Shown one piece after another: positions 30,701 to 41,516 of a DNA stretch of 45,460 nucleotides (position 1 is the first letter of the stretch; each line of letters opens with the position of its first letter). This DNA comes from Thraustochytrium aureum (taxonomy: Eukaryota). A program made the translations under genes and the position numbers. The notes beneath the pieces are model-generated. The model searched no databases. It was given only the letters and a program-made list of their open reading frames with translations, and had not been told where the DNA came from. The stretch is taken from contig BLSG01000164.1 of NCBI GenBank assembly GCA_012862495.1, positions 7,200-52,659 on the forward strand, given 5' to 3'.

Positions 30701-33700
30701 GCCCAGCGGTGGGCCGTGTCGTGCTTGCGGATCGCTGCAGAGTGGGCAGGAAGGGGGGCGGCATCCCCCCCTGCACAGGGGCAAACGCCGAATCCCCCAA
30801 CATGCCCTCCAGGTTGCTGCTCGAGGCAGAGAGCGGCAAATCAGCGCTCGAGTAGTGGATCGGCTGCATGTTGCCGACTTCGCTGTACCGCACTGGGGAC
30901 TGCAGCCCCGCCTTGCTGCTACTTCCTCCAACGCCGCCGTTGCGCACTTCTCTTTCGCCATCGCTCTCCTCCTCCTCGTCGTCCTCTCCAGTTGAGATGT
31001 ACAAGCTGGGTGAGCGGCGAGTGGCGTGATTCCCGCCCTGGGGGGGATGCATGCCTTGAGACTTGGCCTCGCTGGCGGAGGCGTGGGCCTGCTCCACGAC
31101 GGATGGATCGCGCGACGAGAGCGAGTGCGCTTCTGCAGGCGGGTCGGGATTGCTGGCGGGCCTCTGCAACCGCACCGCCTGAAGATCTACTTCCTGAACA
31201 CGTGGCCTGACCGGACTTGTGCGGGACCGGCGGTTGGGAACCGAAATCGAGTGCCCAAGGCTGGAGCCTGAGCCCATTGACAAGCTTCGCTGCAGGGCGT
31301 GCGTAAATTTTGACCCAAACTTGGCGAGGGGGTTTTTCGCGCGGCGACGAGCCGCTCACACTATCCGCCGGGGCAGCAGGCGCAAGAGCTCCTGGGAGCA
31401 TCGACTCAACGTGTGCCTCGTCTTCTTCAGCGGCGATCCACATTTCAGCGAGGCCCTGCCCAGACGCCGACGAGGTCAAGCCCATCGCCGCACTTGGTGG
31501 CGACGCCGACGCCAACGCGCCCGGCGACGCCACCGGACCGCTGAGCGTGGCGGTGGAGCTACCGCCGTCGCTGTCGGCGCCTGGATCCTCGCCAGGCGAC
31601 GAGCGAGACCTTGAGGAGTGCATGCTGAATTTTGATAGTCCTGACTTGGACGACAGGCGGCGACGGTCCGTGGCAGTTGAATAGTCGCCGGTGTATGTCT
31701 TGGAGCGCGTGAGGGGGCCGCCACCAAGCAGTCCGCTGCTCCGCCTGGACATGTACACCTTGTCACTCGCGCCGTCTTCCGACGCGGCGGTGTGCTGCAG
31801 CGACCCCTCCGCATTGCGCCCGAGGTCTGGCGCGGCCTCCATGGGAACGGCGCCGCCGTCCGGGCCATCGTCAGGGCCGCCCTCGGTTGGCACGTACGGC
31901 GTCTTGAATAGGCCGCGCAGCGAGTGACGCTTTGCGCTGTTGGACGCCGAAGAGACCTGCACTGCGGTGGCGCCAGAGATTGGCGGCCCAACAGGCGAGC
32001 GAAGCTGCGTCCGCGCGGGAATCGACGCGCTGAGATGCAAAGGCGCTGCGGCAGGGGCCCCGGCGACTCCAGGCGGCGAGCCCTTGGCGGCTGTGGTGTC
32101 CGCATGGCTCGACGCAGGTTGGTCCTCCGGGACCTTGTCGAGCGAAAAGGCGGTGTCTTTGGGCTCGAGCTTGAGTATGTCGAGCAGGATGGACCGCCAG
32201 ACGTGGAAGGGGGTATCCTTCTCCTCAGCGCTGGCGACAGAGTAGAATATGTTGGAGACCACCTCGGCGCAGACCGAGACTGCCCAATGCGTGATGTGTG
32301 TCTTACCNNNNNNNNNNNNNNNNNNNNNNNNNNNNNNNNNNNNNNNNNNNNNNNNNNNNNNNNNNNNNNNNNNNNNNNNNNNNNNNNNNNNNNNNNNNNN
32401 NNNNNNNNNNNNNNNNNNNNNNNNNNNNNNNNNNNNNNNNNNNNNNNNNNNNNNNNNNNNNNNNNNNNNNNNNNNNNNNNNNNNNNNNNNNNNNNNNNNN
32501 NNNNNNNNNNNNNNNNNNNNNNNNNNNNNNNNNNNNNNNNNNNNNNNNNNNNNNNNNNNNNNNNNNNNNNNNNNNNNNNNNNNNNNNNNNNNNNNNNNNN
32601 NNNNNNNNNNNNNNNNNNNNNNNNNNNNNNNNNNNNNNNNNNNNNNNNNNNNNNNNNNNNNNNNNNNNNNNNNNNNNNNNNNNNNNNNNNNNNNNNNNNN
32701 NNNNNNNNNNNNNNNNNNNNNNNNNNNNNNNNNNNNNNNNNNNNNNNNNNNNNNNNNNNNNNNNNNNNNNNNNNNNNNNNNNNNNNNNNNNNNNNNNNNN
32801 NNNNNNNNNNNNNNNNNNNNNNNNNNNNNNNNNNNNNNNNNNNNNNNNNNNNNNNNNNNNNNNNNNNNNNNNNNNNNNNNNNNNNNNNNNNNNNNNNNNN
32901 NNNNNNNNNNNNNNNNNNNNNNNNNNNNNNNNNNNNNNNNNNNNNNNNNNNNNNNNNNNNNNNNNNNNNNNNNNNNNNNNNNNNNNNNNNNNNNNNNNNN
33001 NNNNNNNNNNNNNNNNNNNNNNNNNNNNNNNNNNNNNNNNNNNNNNNNNNNNNNNNNNNNNNNNNNNNNNNNNNNNNNNNNNNNNNNNNNNNNTAGCGTG
33101 GTCTCCGAGACAACTACCTCGCCCTTGGATGAGGCGCCTTCTGCCAAGGCGGCTTGCGTGTTGGCGTCGCCGGCGATGGAAAACTCCCAGCGGCCAAGCT
33201 CGCCGCCGACGTGGCACTTGAGGATTTGTCCGCACCCGATTCCACTGTGCAAGGAGAGCATGAGATCTGACATGAGCGTCAAGTCTGCGCAGCGGATCGC
33301 ACAGTCCACGGCCACAGCTGCCAGGGTTGGGACGCGGCTACGCGCGGCCTCCCAGACGACGATCAAGGCATCCCCAGCGAACTTTATGATGTCGCCCCCG
33401 CTCTCCAGGATGAGGTCGACGATGGACTGTAGCGTTTCGTTCAGGCCTTCGGCCAGCAGCTCGGCGCCCGTGCCGAGTGCTGCGGTCGAGTAGGTCGCGG
33501 CCGCCGAGTACCTGTTCGAGAGCTTCTTGCGCCGAAACCGCCTCAGCTTTTCGTACTGCTCGAGCTTGTTGGCCAGCGTCGAGTAGCCAGAGATATCTAA
33601 GAACCCTACCACGGCCATGGAGCTTTTGATTTCGGCCTTGTTCATCTCCTGAAAGTCGCCGCGCTCTTCGAACCGGCCGATCACCACTTTCGGCACAAAC

Positions 33701-33762
33701 CGCCTCACGATCATCGCTGGCCGCGCCTCCAGGATCACCTCGTCCATGTCCGCTCCAGCCAT
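27744..33762 (-). CDS. Soluble adenylyl cyclase-like protein (ADCY10/sAC type: class III cyclase + STAND P-loop NTPase + helical/TPR-like C-terminus); one gap and three apparent frameshifts
   Basis: C1 domain FLDISGYSTL...GAELLAEGLN...GGDIIKFAGDAL...LHSGIGCG...HVGG..GRWEFSIAGD...GEVVVS. After the gap come GKT (Walker A end), TPFHVWRSIL, LIVIDDAHNMDEDSWELL (Walker B), TEGNP and RFDRLPKNVQLALKLASAVG. Frameshifts at ~31332, ~29176 and ~28130. Confidence 0.92.
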
Positions 33763-33939
33763 CTCGCCTCGCGGGCGGCCCAGAGGCCGCCCTTGGGGGC
33801 CGTGCCTCGTCGCCGCCTTCCAGGGCCGGTGCACGGTGGCGCGACTTGGGTTCGCGCACGTGCAGGTCCAAACGAGCCTCCACGCGCTCAGGCGCTTGCC
33901 GCCGGCCCGCCCGCCGGAAAGCCAGGCAACGCGCCAGAG

Positions 33940-34115
33940 CGCTTGCCTGCCTGGCTGCGCGCCTGCCTGGCTGTCTCCCTGCGCGCCTGTCCGTGCGCCT
34001 GCCAGTCTGCGCGCCTGCCTGCCTGCCAGTCTGCGCGCCTGCCTGCGGCTCCGCCTATCGATCGATCGATCGATCGATGGCGCTCTGCTGCTACTGCTGC
34101 TACTGCTGCTACTGC
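33940..34115. repeat. Simple-repeat cluster upstream of the cyclase: (GCCT)n with a perfect 24-bp duplication (33997-34044), (ATCG)n and (CTG/CTA)n
   Basis: Read directly from the sequence. Confidence 0.9.
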
Positions 34116-35094
34116 CTCTGCTGCTCTTTCTTTCCCTCGCTCGCTCTGTCCTCGGCTTTCCTTCCTCTTCCTCGCTCACGCACAAGCAACCAACCAAATC
34201 GAAAAAAAAGTAAAAATAAATTATTACCTAAAAAAATAAATAAATCGAATTATTGAATTATTGACTAGTGCTTTGTAAGCTGTCTGTTCCGGCTGGCTAA
34301 GAATGACGCCTTCGGGGAGTAGAGGGGCCCAGGGTGTGTGGGGGCGTGGAGGAGCGCCGAAGACTGAGTAGAGGGAACACTCTGCGCGGTCTACTATCTA
34401 CGAGGCACCAGGCGTGGAGCGGTGGAGGGTACTTCTGCGCTCGCAGAGCACGTGCTGCGCGAGAGGCGGCCTCTCACTTCGGTTCTCCTCCGGCTTCCCC
34501 ACTTTCAAGTGTCGACTGGCAGAGCGCGCAGAAGGGAGGCAGCGCAGAGGTGCTTGAAACCAAGTTTCATTTCCTTTTAGTCCTTCTCTCNNNNNNNNNN
34601 NNNNNNNNNNNNNNNNNNNNNNNNNNNNNNNNNNNNNNNNNNNNNNNNNNNNNNNNNNNNNNNNNNNNNNNNNNNNNNNNNNNNNNNNNNNNNNNNNNNN
34701 NNNNNNNNNNNNNNNNNNNNNNNNNNNNNNNNNNNNNNNNNNNNNNNNNNNNNNNNNNNNNNNNNNNNNNNNNNNNNNNNNNNNNNNNNNNNNNNNNNNN
34801 NNNNNNNNNNNNNNNNNNNNNNNNNNNNNNNNNNNNNNNNNNNNNNNNNNNNNNNNNNNNNNNNNNNNNNNNNNNNNNNNNNNNNNNNNNNNNNNNNNNN
34901 NNNNNNNNNNNNNNNNNNNNNNNNNNNNNNNNNNNNNNNNNNNNNNNNNNNNNNNNNNNNNNNNNNNNNNNNNNNNNNNNNNNNNNNNNNNNNNNNNNNN
35001 NNNNNNNNNNNNNNNNNNNNNNNNNNNNACCTGTTGGCACGACATGATTGGATTGGTGTTTCTCAAAAGTACAAAAGGGATGGGGATCCTACCA

Positions 35095-36216
35095 CTACGG
35101 CAGACAAGCGCGCTCGAGCAGCACGACAGATACGAGCGCTCCTGCGCCCGTGGCCTGCTCGTGCGAGTGCCGCCGGTTGAGTCCAACCAACATGGCGCGC
35201 CCGCCGCGCGCAAACGAGAGTCCGCCCACCTCGCCACCCACCAGCAAAGCCTGTGACTCCACAAAGCGCCCGCGGACTGCGTCAAGGGTCACCGCGGTCG
35301 TTTGGTAGTCGCCACAGAGCAGCACCAGGCGCCCTTGGCCGTCGAACGCGCCGCTCTGAACATACTGCACGGCGCTGCGCCCAGAGCCAGCGAGCTCCAG
35401 CTTGAGCGCCGGGAGCGGCTCAAGGCTCACGGCGTGCACGCGATACACCTGCCGCACGTCGAAAAAGGTCCCAAAGTGGACGACCTGGGTCTGCGGCTCG
35501 TAAGCAACCCAGGTCACGTTGAAGGGGAACTTGCCGGCGACGCGCCCTGGCTTTCGTTCGAGCGTGTCGGCGTCCAACGCAAACAGCGCACCTCCGCCCT
35601 CAAGCTCGGCCCCGTGCGCCGCGAGCCACACTTCGGCGCCGTGCTCGGCCGTCCGAACAAAGCCCACCCCGCCGACGTGCTTGGCAAGGAGCTTGTCGTC
35701 TGCGGGCGAGAACGCCGAAAAATTGGCCGCCCGCTCAGTCTCGACCGCCAGGACGGCCAGGCCGCTCTGCGCGCCGCCGCCATCGCCCTGGCTCCTGGCA
35801 AGCCGCATCACACGGACGCCGCGCGCGTGGACGGCGAACAACCTCGGCCCCGCGGCGTCTGCGTCGTCGACGGCAAGCCCTTGCAAGTCCTCGAACCCCG
35901 CCGGCAAATCTCGAAGCCGCACAATCCCTGACGCATTCACCAGGTCCTCCCTCGCTACCCACCGCGCAAGGCCTCCTCCTCCTCCGCAGGCCGGCGGCCT
36001 CCCGTGCCCGCCGCCAGTGGCAGGCCGCGGCTTGCCCAAGATGCTCACCAGCGGCACGACCACGACCAAGACCACGGCAAGCGCCGCCCACCGCCACCAT
36101 TCCCCAGCCACGAGCCCCGTCGAGCCGCGCCGACCGTGCTCTGCGCCGTCCACCAGCAGCTCCGCGTCCCGCGCGCCCGCGCCGCGCGCCACGAAGCGCG
36201 ACCCGCGTCCTGCCAT
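35095..36216 (-). CDS. Type II membrane protein with a predicted beta-propeller ectodomain
   Basis: Single TM (WAALAVVLVVVVPLVSILG), a Gly/Pro stalk, then blade-like repeats DLQGLAVD, HVGGVGF, VTWVAYE, YVQSGAFD and EVGGLSF. Confidence 0.7.
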   Translation of the reverse strand: MAGRGSRFVARGAGARDAELLVDGAEHGRRGSTGLVAGEWWRWAALAVVLVVVVPLVSILGKPRPATGGGHGRPPACGGGGGLARWVAREDLVNASGIVRLRDLPAGFEDLQGLAVDDADAAGPRLFAVHARGVRVMRLARSQGDGGGAQSGLAVLAVETERAANFSAFSPADDKLLAKHVGGVGFVRTAEHGAEVWLAAHGAELEGGGALFALDADTLERKPGRVAGKFPFNVTWVAYEPQTQVVHFGTFFDVRQVYRVHAVSLEPLPALKLELAGSGRSAVQYVQSGAFDGQGRLVLLCGDYQTTAVTLDAVRGRFVESQALLVGGEVGGLSFARGGRAMLVGLNRRHSHEQATGAGALVSVVLLERACLP

Positions 36217-36297
36217 TCTTGCGTCCGAGTCTGCGCCTTCTGCCCGGGCGCCGCGGTCAGCCCAGCATAAACGAGCAGGACGGGGACTGGGACGGTG

Positions 36298-36361
36298 GCA
36301 GAGCAGAGCAGAGCAGAGCAGGGCAGGGCAGAGCAGAGCAGAGCAGAGCAGAGCAGAGCAG
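36298..36361. repeat. (GCAGA)n pentanucleotide repeat
   Basis: gcagagcagagcaga... about 12 copies. Confidence 0.95.
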
Positions 36362-36425
36362 GCCGCTCGCCGGGCTCGCGGGCACAACCAAGGCAAGGGA
36401 ATAGCTACATAGGTACGAATCAACA

Positions 36426-38320
36426 TCAGATCTTGTACTTGCCGATGGGCTCACGGACCGTTGAGCCCGACAGCTTGACGAGCCGGTTGTAGTGGCTCTG
36501 CATCCATCGCCTCGGGATGATCTTCTCGTAAAAGGTGACGCGCTCGGCCACGGAGAACAACCACACGCTTTCCGCGTCGGCGAAGACCCTGTTGAACGTG
36601 TTGGAAAAGAGCGCAATGAGCACGTTCAGCAAGCCCAAGGTGGCGATGACGAGCCAGATGGTAAACATGAAAAGCCCCACGGTCTTGTTGAGCGTCCCCG
36701 TGTCTGGCTGGTCCCAGGACCCGAGGACGGCAAAGTAGAGCTGGAGGAGGGTCTCGAGGTACGACCCGCCCTCGTCGCGCACCGCCAGGACGTAGAAGCT
36801 GTGCGAAAAGCCCACGTAGATGACGGAGAAGACGGCGAAAAACCGCAAGGCGTCAGCAGCCATGCCGTTCACCGTCACAACAAGCGGCCCCGTCTCCTTG
36901 AAGATGGCCATGAAGCTCAGCAGCTTGAGAAACACAAACAGAATCGCGCAGGAAGAAACCGTCGACGCTGCCGCGTCCCCGGTGTACTCGAGAACGAGCG
37001 CCGAAACGACGAGCACGTTCATCACGAGCGAGAACACCGTCCCCAGCGAGGTCAAGTGACGGAAAAGCTTGGACCGGGCCACCCAGATCTCCGCGGCAGT
37101 CAACACGAGGCGGCCACTGAACAGCACCGCAAGGCCGATCACAAACGGCCTACGCGCCTCGCCCGAGAGGGACGGGGTGCCCGTGAACAGTGCAAACGCG
37201 ATAACGAATGCCACGTGGTGCAGCATCTCGGCAAGGAAGACCCACTGGCAGGGCGCCTCCCACTTGGACTCGAGGGCGCGGCGAAACACGGGCAGCGTGA
37301 ACAGCTCGAGCCGCTTGTGCTCGACGGCGAGCTCCATCACCGTCACGCTCTGCAACGGCGCTCTGCCAGCGAGGCTCTTGGTTGCGTGGGTCTCGTGACC
37401 CTTCCTGTAAAAGACCTTGAGAGGCTCGTTCGAATCGTTTTCGCGGAGCTCGAAGCCGGCAAATGTGATGTCGAAGACATCGCGGTTGTACATCCTGCCC
37501 TTGTACACGCAGAGCCTCTTGGCGCAGAGAGCGGCAAGATCTGGCGAGAACTCGATCGCAAGCGTGAACGGCGACTCATCGTTGTCGCTCAGAGCAAATG
37601 GGTCGAGGCCGTTCTCGAGCAGGTACGCAAATCCTTCGGCGCTCTTCCCAGAGTACATCAGCCAGTGCAGGGCATTGCGTCCCTTGGAGTCGAAGGCCTC
37701 CATATCGACGCCCTTTGTGCGCAAGAACTCGAGGATCTCGATTCGCCCGTCGGCAGCAGCGGCCATGACGAGGGTGATCCCCGTCAGCTCAAAGTCGCAC
37801 GCAGCTTGATGCAGGTCTGCACCGTATTGGTGCAGGAGCTCGAGGTCGCGGAGGCGCCCGGCGTAGCAGGCTTGGAAGGCAGCCGTGTTGCGCGTGATGT
37901 GACCGAAGCGGTCAACTTTCCAATCGGGCGTCGCGCCGTGCTTGAGCAGGAGCTCCACCAATTCAAACCGCTCCTCGTCAGACACGCCTGGCAGAAACCG
38001 AGGCGACGAGCTCATCCACGGCTTGGACTCGATGCCATCTTCCGGGCGCACACACGCGTTCAGCGGGCTGGGGGTCCCACATGTTGAGCTGGGTGTTCAG
38101 GTTGAAGTCCAGGGAGCCGGGTTTGGCACGCGCGACGATCTTGCGGATCGTGGCAACATCGCCAGGTCAGGAGCGCCTCTTTGAGGGCTGCCTGGTCTGG
38201 CGTCAGCTCCTGCGCCACATAGCCGAGGCCGGTGTGATCCTCTTGCCCGGTCGTCTCGTCAGTGACCGGGCGGACGGTGGCCTCCTCGCCCGGCACCTTG
38301 ACCACGAGGCTCGAGGCCAT
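36426..38320 (-). CDS. Ankyrin-repeat TRP cation channel (TRPV/TRPA-like); two apparent frameshifts near the 5' end
   Basis: Ankyrin repeats (LVELLLKHGA; TAAFQAC..G....LELLHQYGAD; AAADGRIEILEFL..KG.D; GRNALH), LESKW pre-S1, 6 TM, TGPLVV..M..DALRF, LLNVLIALFSNTF.RV and a TRP-box-like VWLFSVA. Removing one base at 38165 and one at 38070-38074 extends the frame to the ATG at 38320. Confidence 0.92.
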
Positions 38321-39488
38321 GTCGCAGCCAACCGAGCTCGTCGCGGGGTCACGCGAGCCACGTCTCACCGCGCGGGCACGTAGGTACAGTACTCTAGCTA
38401 GAGGCTCTGGCTCTTGCAACAACGAACGCCTCGTTGCGGATCTGCCGCCAGCCGTCGCAAGCCAAGCCGCCTCTGCTCCACCCAGCGCCAGCAAGCCAGT
38501 CTCATTCAGTTGTGACAACAAGCAGCAAGTCCAGCGTGTTGCCAGGCGCGTGTGCAATCAATCGCAGGCACTTGATCTTGATTTCAATCAAGAAAGAGCA
38601 AGAAAAAAAGTACCAGCGCCGGCAGCGCAGGCGAGCTTGTCTTCAGTGAGGAAGGAGTGGGCCTACTTTTGTATGTCTGAGAGCGCCACGTGGGCGTTGT
38701 TTTTCCTTCTTCCGGGGCCTGCCTGCCTGCCTGCCCACTGTGTCGCCGTTTGCGGTGTCCCGAGGCGGCGGCCTTGTAAGAGCCGAGCGCATGCCAGCCT
38801 GCCTGATCATGAGTGCGGCTTGCGAGGTGCGTGCGCAGTGAGGCACCACGACGCGATGTAACTCCAATGCGGCTTTGTCCAATGCGGCTTTGCAACGAAA
38901 GACAAACTGGAAACGGGTTCGGACCTTCCCTGCTCACCGCAGTGTGCATCCCTGCAACCTTGTCGCGCGTTGCGGTGCAGTGGCTTCCTCGTGCTGGACA
39001 CCCCGACTTGCCCCCGGGCGCCCGGGCGAGCTCTCCTCGTCGGATTCGCATCGGCCTGATGGAACGGCTCGAGCCGTCTCATCAGGCGAGGCGCTTTGCC
39101 CGGCTTGCGGTACATCCACAGTCTGGGAGGACTCGGGAGCTGGACAGCAGCAACTGGACTGGTGCAGCCTCCTGGCTCCAAGCGCGCGGCTGCTTGGGGC
39201 CATGCGTGCAAGTGGCTTGGCCGCTGGTTGCGGCACGGTTCTCGAGCACGCAGCTCGCTGGTCCAGAAGGAAAGGCAGGCTCGCCGACTTTTATCTTTGC
39301 TTTTTGCTAGCGAGAAGGCGGGCGCGACGCTTGCGCGCCCGGCGGCGCGCCGGCGCCGCAAGCAAGCTCGCCGCAAGGTGCATTGAGAAACTCGATGAGA
39401 ACGCGAGCAGCTCTTCGGCTTTCTTTCGGCGTTGCGCGCTTGCGCTCCAGAAGTAAACAACAACCCACCGGCCCCGTGCGCCGAGGCG

Positions 39489-39911
39489 TCAAGCCGGTTG
39501 CCTCGATGCCCTCGTCAGCGACGATAGCGCGCTGGACCGAATGCTCGCCCTGCGCCCGCTCGAGCGTGCCGTCGCGAGCGCGCTGCGCTCTTTGCGGATG
39601 AGGCGCTTCTCGAGGATGTACTTGCCGATCTTGTACTGCTGGCTCGGCTCATAGGCGCGAAGATAGGTCCAGCCCACGTTGCTCGCACACGCCTGGCAGT
39701 ATATCTCTTGGATAGTATGCTCGCCCGTCAGCAAGTGGCGCTCCTCCGCAGGCCCGCACCGGATGTTCCACACCTGCTTGATCAAGTAGGCCGGCCCCGT
39801 CTTGCCCTTGAACTGCTTCGACTCGAGCAGCGCCGTCTGGGTCAAGTGCGTCCCGCAGGTCGCGCACACGAACACCTCGTCCGGCCCCAGCTGCTCCGTG
39901 AAGAGTATCAT
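39489..39911 (-). CDS. Yippee-like zinc-binding protein
   Basis: VFVCATCGTHL...ESKQFKGKTGPAYL...GPAEERHLLTGEHTI.EIYCQACASNVGWTYLRAYEPSQQYKIGKYILE contains the two CxxC pairs and the Yippee signature. Confidence 0.95.
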   Translation of the reverse strand: MILFTEQLGPDEVFVCATCGTHLTQTALLESKQFKGKTGPAYLIKQVWNIRCGPAEERHLLTGEHTIQEIYCQACASNVGWTYLRAYEPSQQYKIGKYILEKRLIRKERSALATARSSGRRASIRSSALSSLTRASRQPA

Positions 39912-40651
39912 CCTGCTCGCTTGGCGCGAGGCACGTAGGCAGGCTGGAGCCGCACGCGAGGCCTCCTCGACGGAGACTTTTCCGCGCGGAATCTCCCGCC
40001 TCGCGCCCGCCTGNNNNNNNNNNNNNNNNNNNNNNNNNNNNNNNNNNNNNNNNNNNNNNNNNNNNNNNNNNNNNNNNNNNNNNNNNNNNNNNNNNNNNNN
40101 NNNNNNNNNNNNNNNNNNNNNNNNNNNNNNNNNNNNNNNNNNNNNNNNNNNNNNNNNNNNNNNNNNNNNNNNNNNNNNNNNNNNNNNNNNNNNNNNNNNN
40201 NNNNNNNNNNNNNNNNNNNNNNNNNNNNNNNNNNNNNNNNNNNNNNNNNNNNNNNNNNNNNNNNNNNNNNNNNNNNNNNNNNNNNNNNNNNNNNNNNNNN
40301 NNNNNNNNNNNNNNNNNNNNNNNNNNNNNNNNNNNNNNNNNNNNNNNNNNNNNNNNNNNNNNNNNNNNNNNNNNNNNNNNNNNNNNNNNNNNNNNNNNNN
40401 NNNNNNNNNNNNNNNNNNNNNNNNNNNNNNNNNNNNNNNNNNNNNNNNNNNNNNNNNNNNNNNNNNNNNNNNNNNNNNNNNNNNNNNNNNNNNNNNNNNN
40501 NNNNNNNNNNNNNNNNNNNNNNNNNNNNNNNNNNNNNNNNNNNNNNNNNNNNNNNNNNNNNNNNNNNNNNNNNNNNNNNNNNNNNNNNNNNNNNNNNNNN
40601 NNNNNNNNNNNNNNNNNNNNNNNNNNNNNNNNNNNNNNNNNNNNNNNNNNN

Positions 40652-41012
40652 TTGGCGCCATTGCGCCGCCGGCGTCGCCCGCGCCTTTCGGCGGGCCGCG
40701 AGGCCCAACCAGCATCGACTCCGCATAGTCAAACGTCCCTCGACACACCACGCGCTCGTAAGGCTCCAGCGAGCTCTCGCCGAGTGGCACGGGAGCCTCG
40801 CGCAGCTTGCGTCGCCGCTCCTCCACGAGGTCAAGCTTCCAGTTGTACCTCGTCAGCTGCCACGACCCGAGCCCGAAAGTGACGGCCGACATGGTCCCGA
40901 AAATGGCGACGCCGGCCCAGTCCGTCGCGCGCCTCGCTCCCTTCTTCGCGCCGCCGTCCTGCGCAGCGCCTTTCGCGGCCGCCGCGCACCGCAAGCCCAG
41001 GCTGCGCCTCAT
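40652..41012 (-). CDS. SURF1: SURF1/Shy1 cytochrome c oxidase assembly factor, N-terminal part; remainder in gap
   Basis: Presequence-like start, then TFGLGSWQLTRYNWKLDL, YERVVCRGTFDY and MLVGPR. Confidence 0.92.
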
Positions 41013-41516
41013 CCTTGCTGCTCGCCAATCCGCCGCCGATCCCCGTGCCTGAAGCTCGAGACGCGCGAGCGAGCTCCAGAGAGCTCCAGCCAGAGAGGAG
41101 CCGCGGCGCCTGAGCCGGCCTCGGGAGCCGCTACGGGCGCACTGCCTCGGGTCCTGCCTCGCCTGCGTGCCTGCCTGCGCGCCCGAGTTTCTCTGGCCAA
41201 AAGTGCGTCTGCGAGGCGCCCCGTGCACCGCGCGGGCAGCCCAGCTCGACCCACACCATCGGCATCGTCGAGGGGAACAGGACGAAGGGCAGCAGGACAA
41301 CCGGCAGCAGGACGACCAGCGAGGGAGGGACCGCGTGCTTGTCGGCGGGTGGCATGCATGCGCAAGGCGAGGCGGAAACCAAAAATCAATTCTTCCTTTC
41401 CCTCCCGCGTCGTCACTGGAGTTCCATCGCCAAGGCCTTGGTCGTCGCCAAGCCAGGTTCCCCGGTGCGCGCGCTCGTGCTGGCTGCAGGTGCGCGGATC
41501 TCGGCGTCTTGGCCTG

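Noticed and set aside
39489..41300. SURF1-Yippee fusion ORF in the ORF track
   Set aside because: The fusion is created by reading through Ns. Yippee has its own ATG at 39911, and the gap is about the size of the missing SURF1 part.
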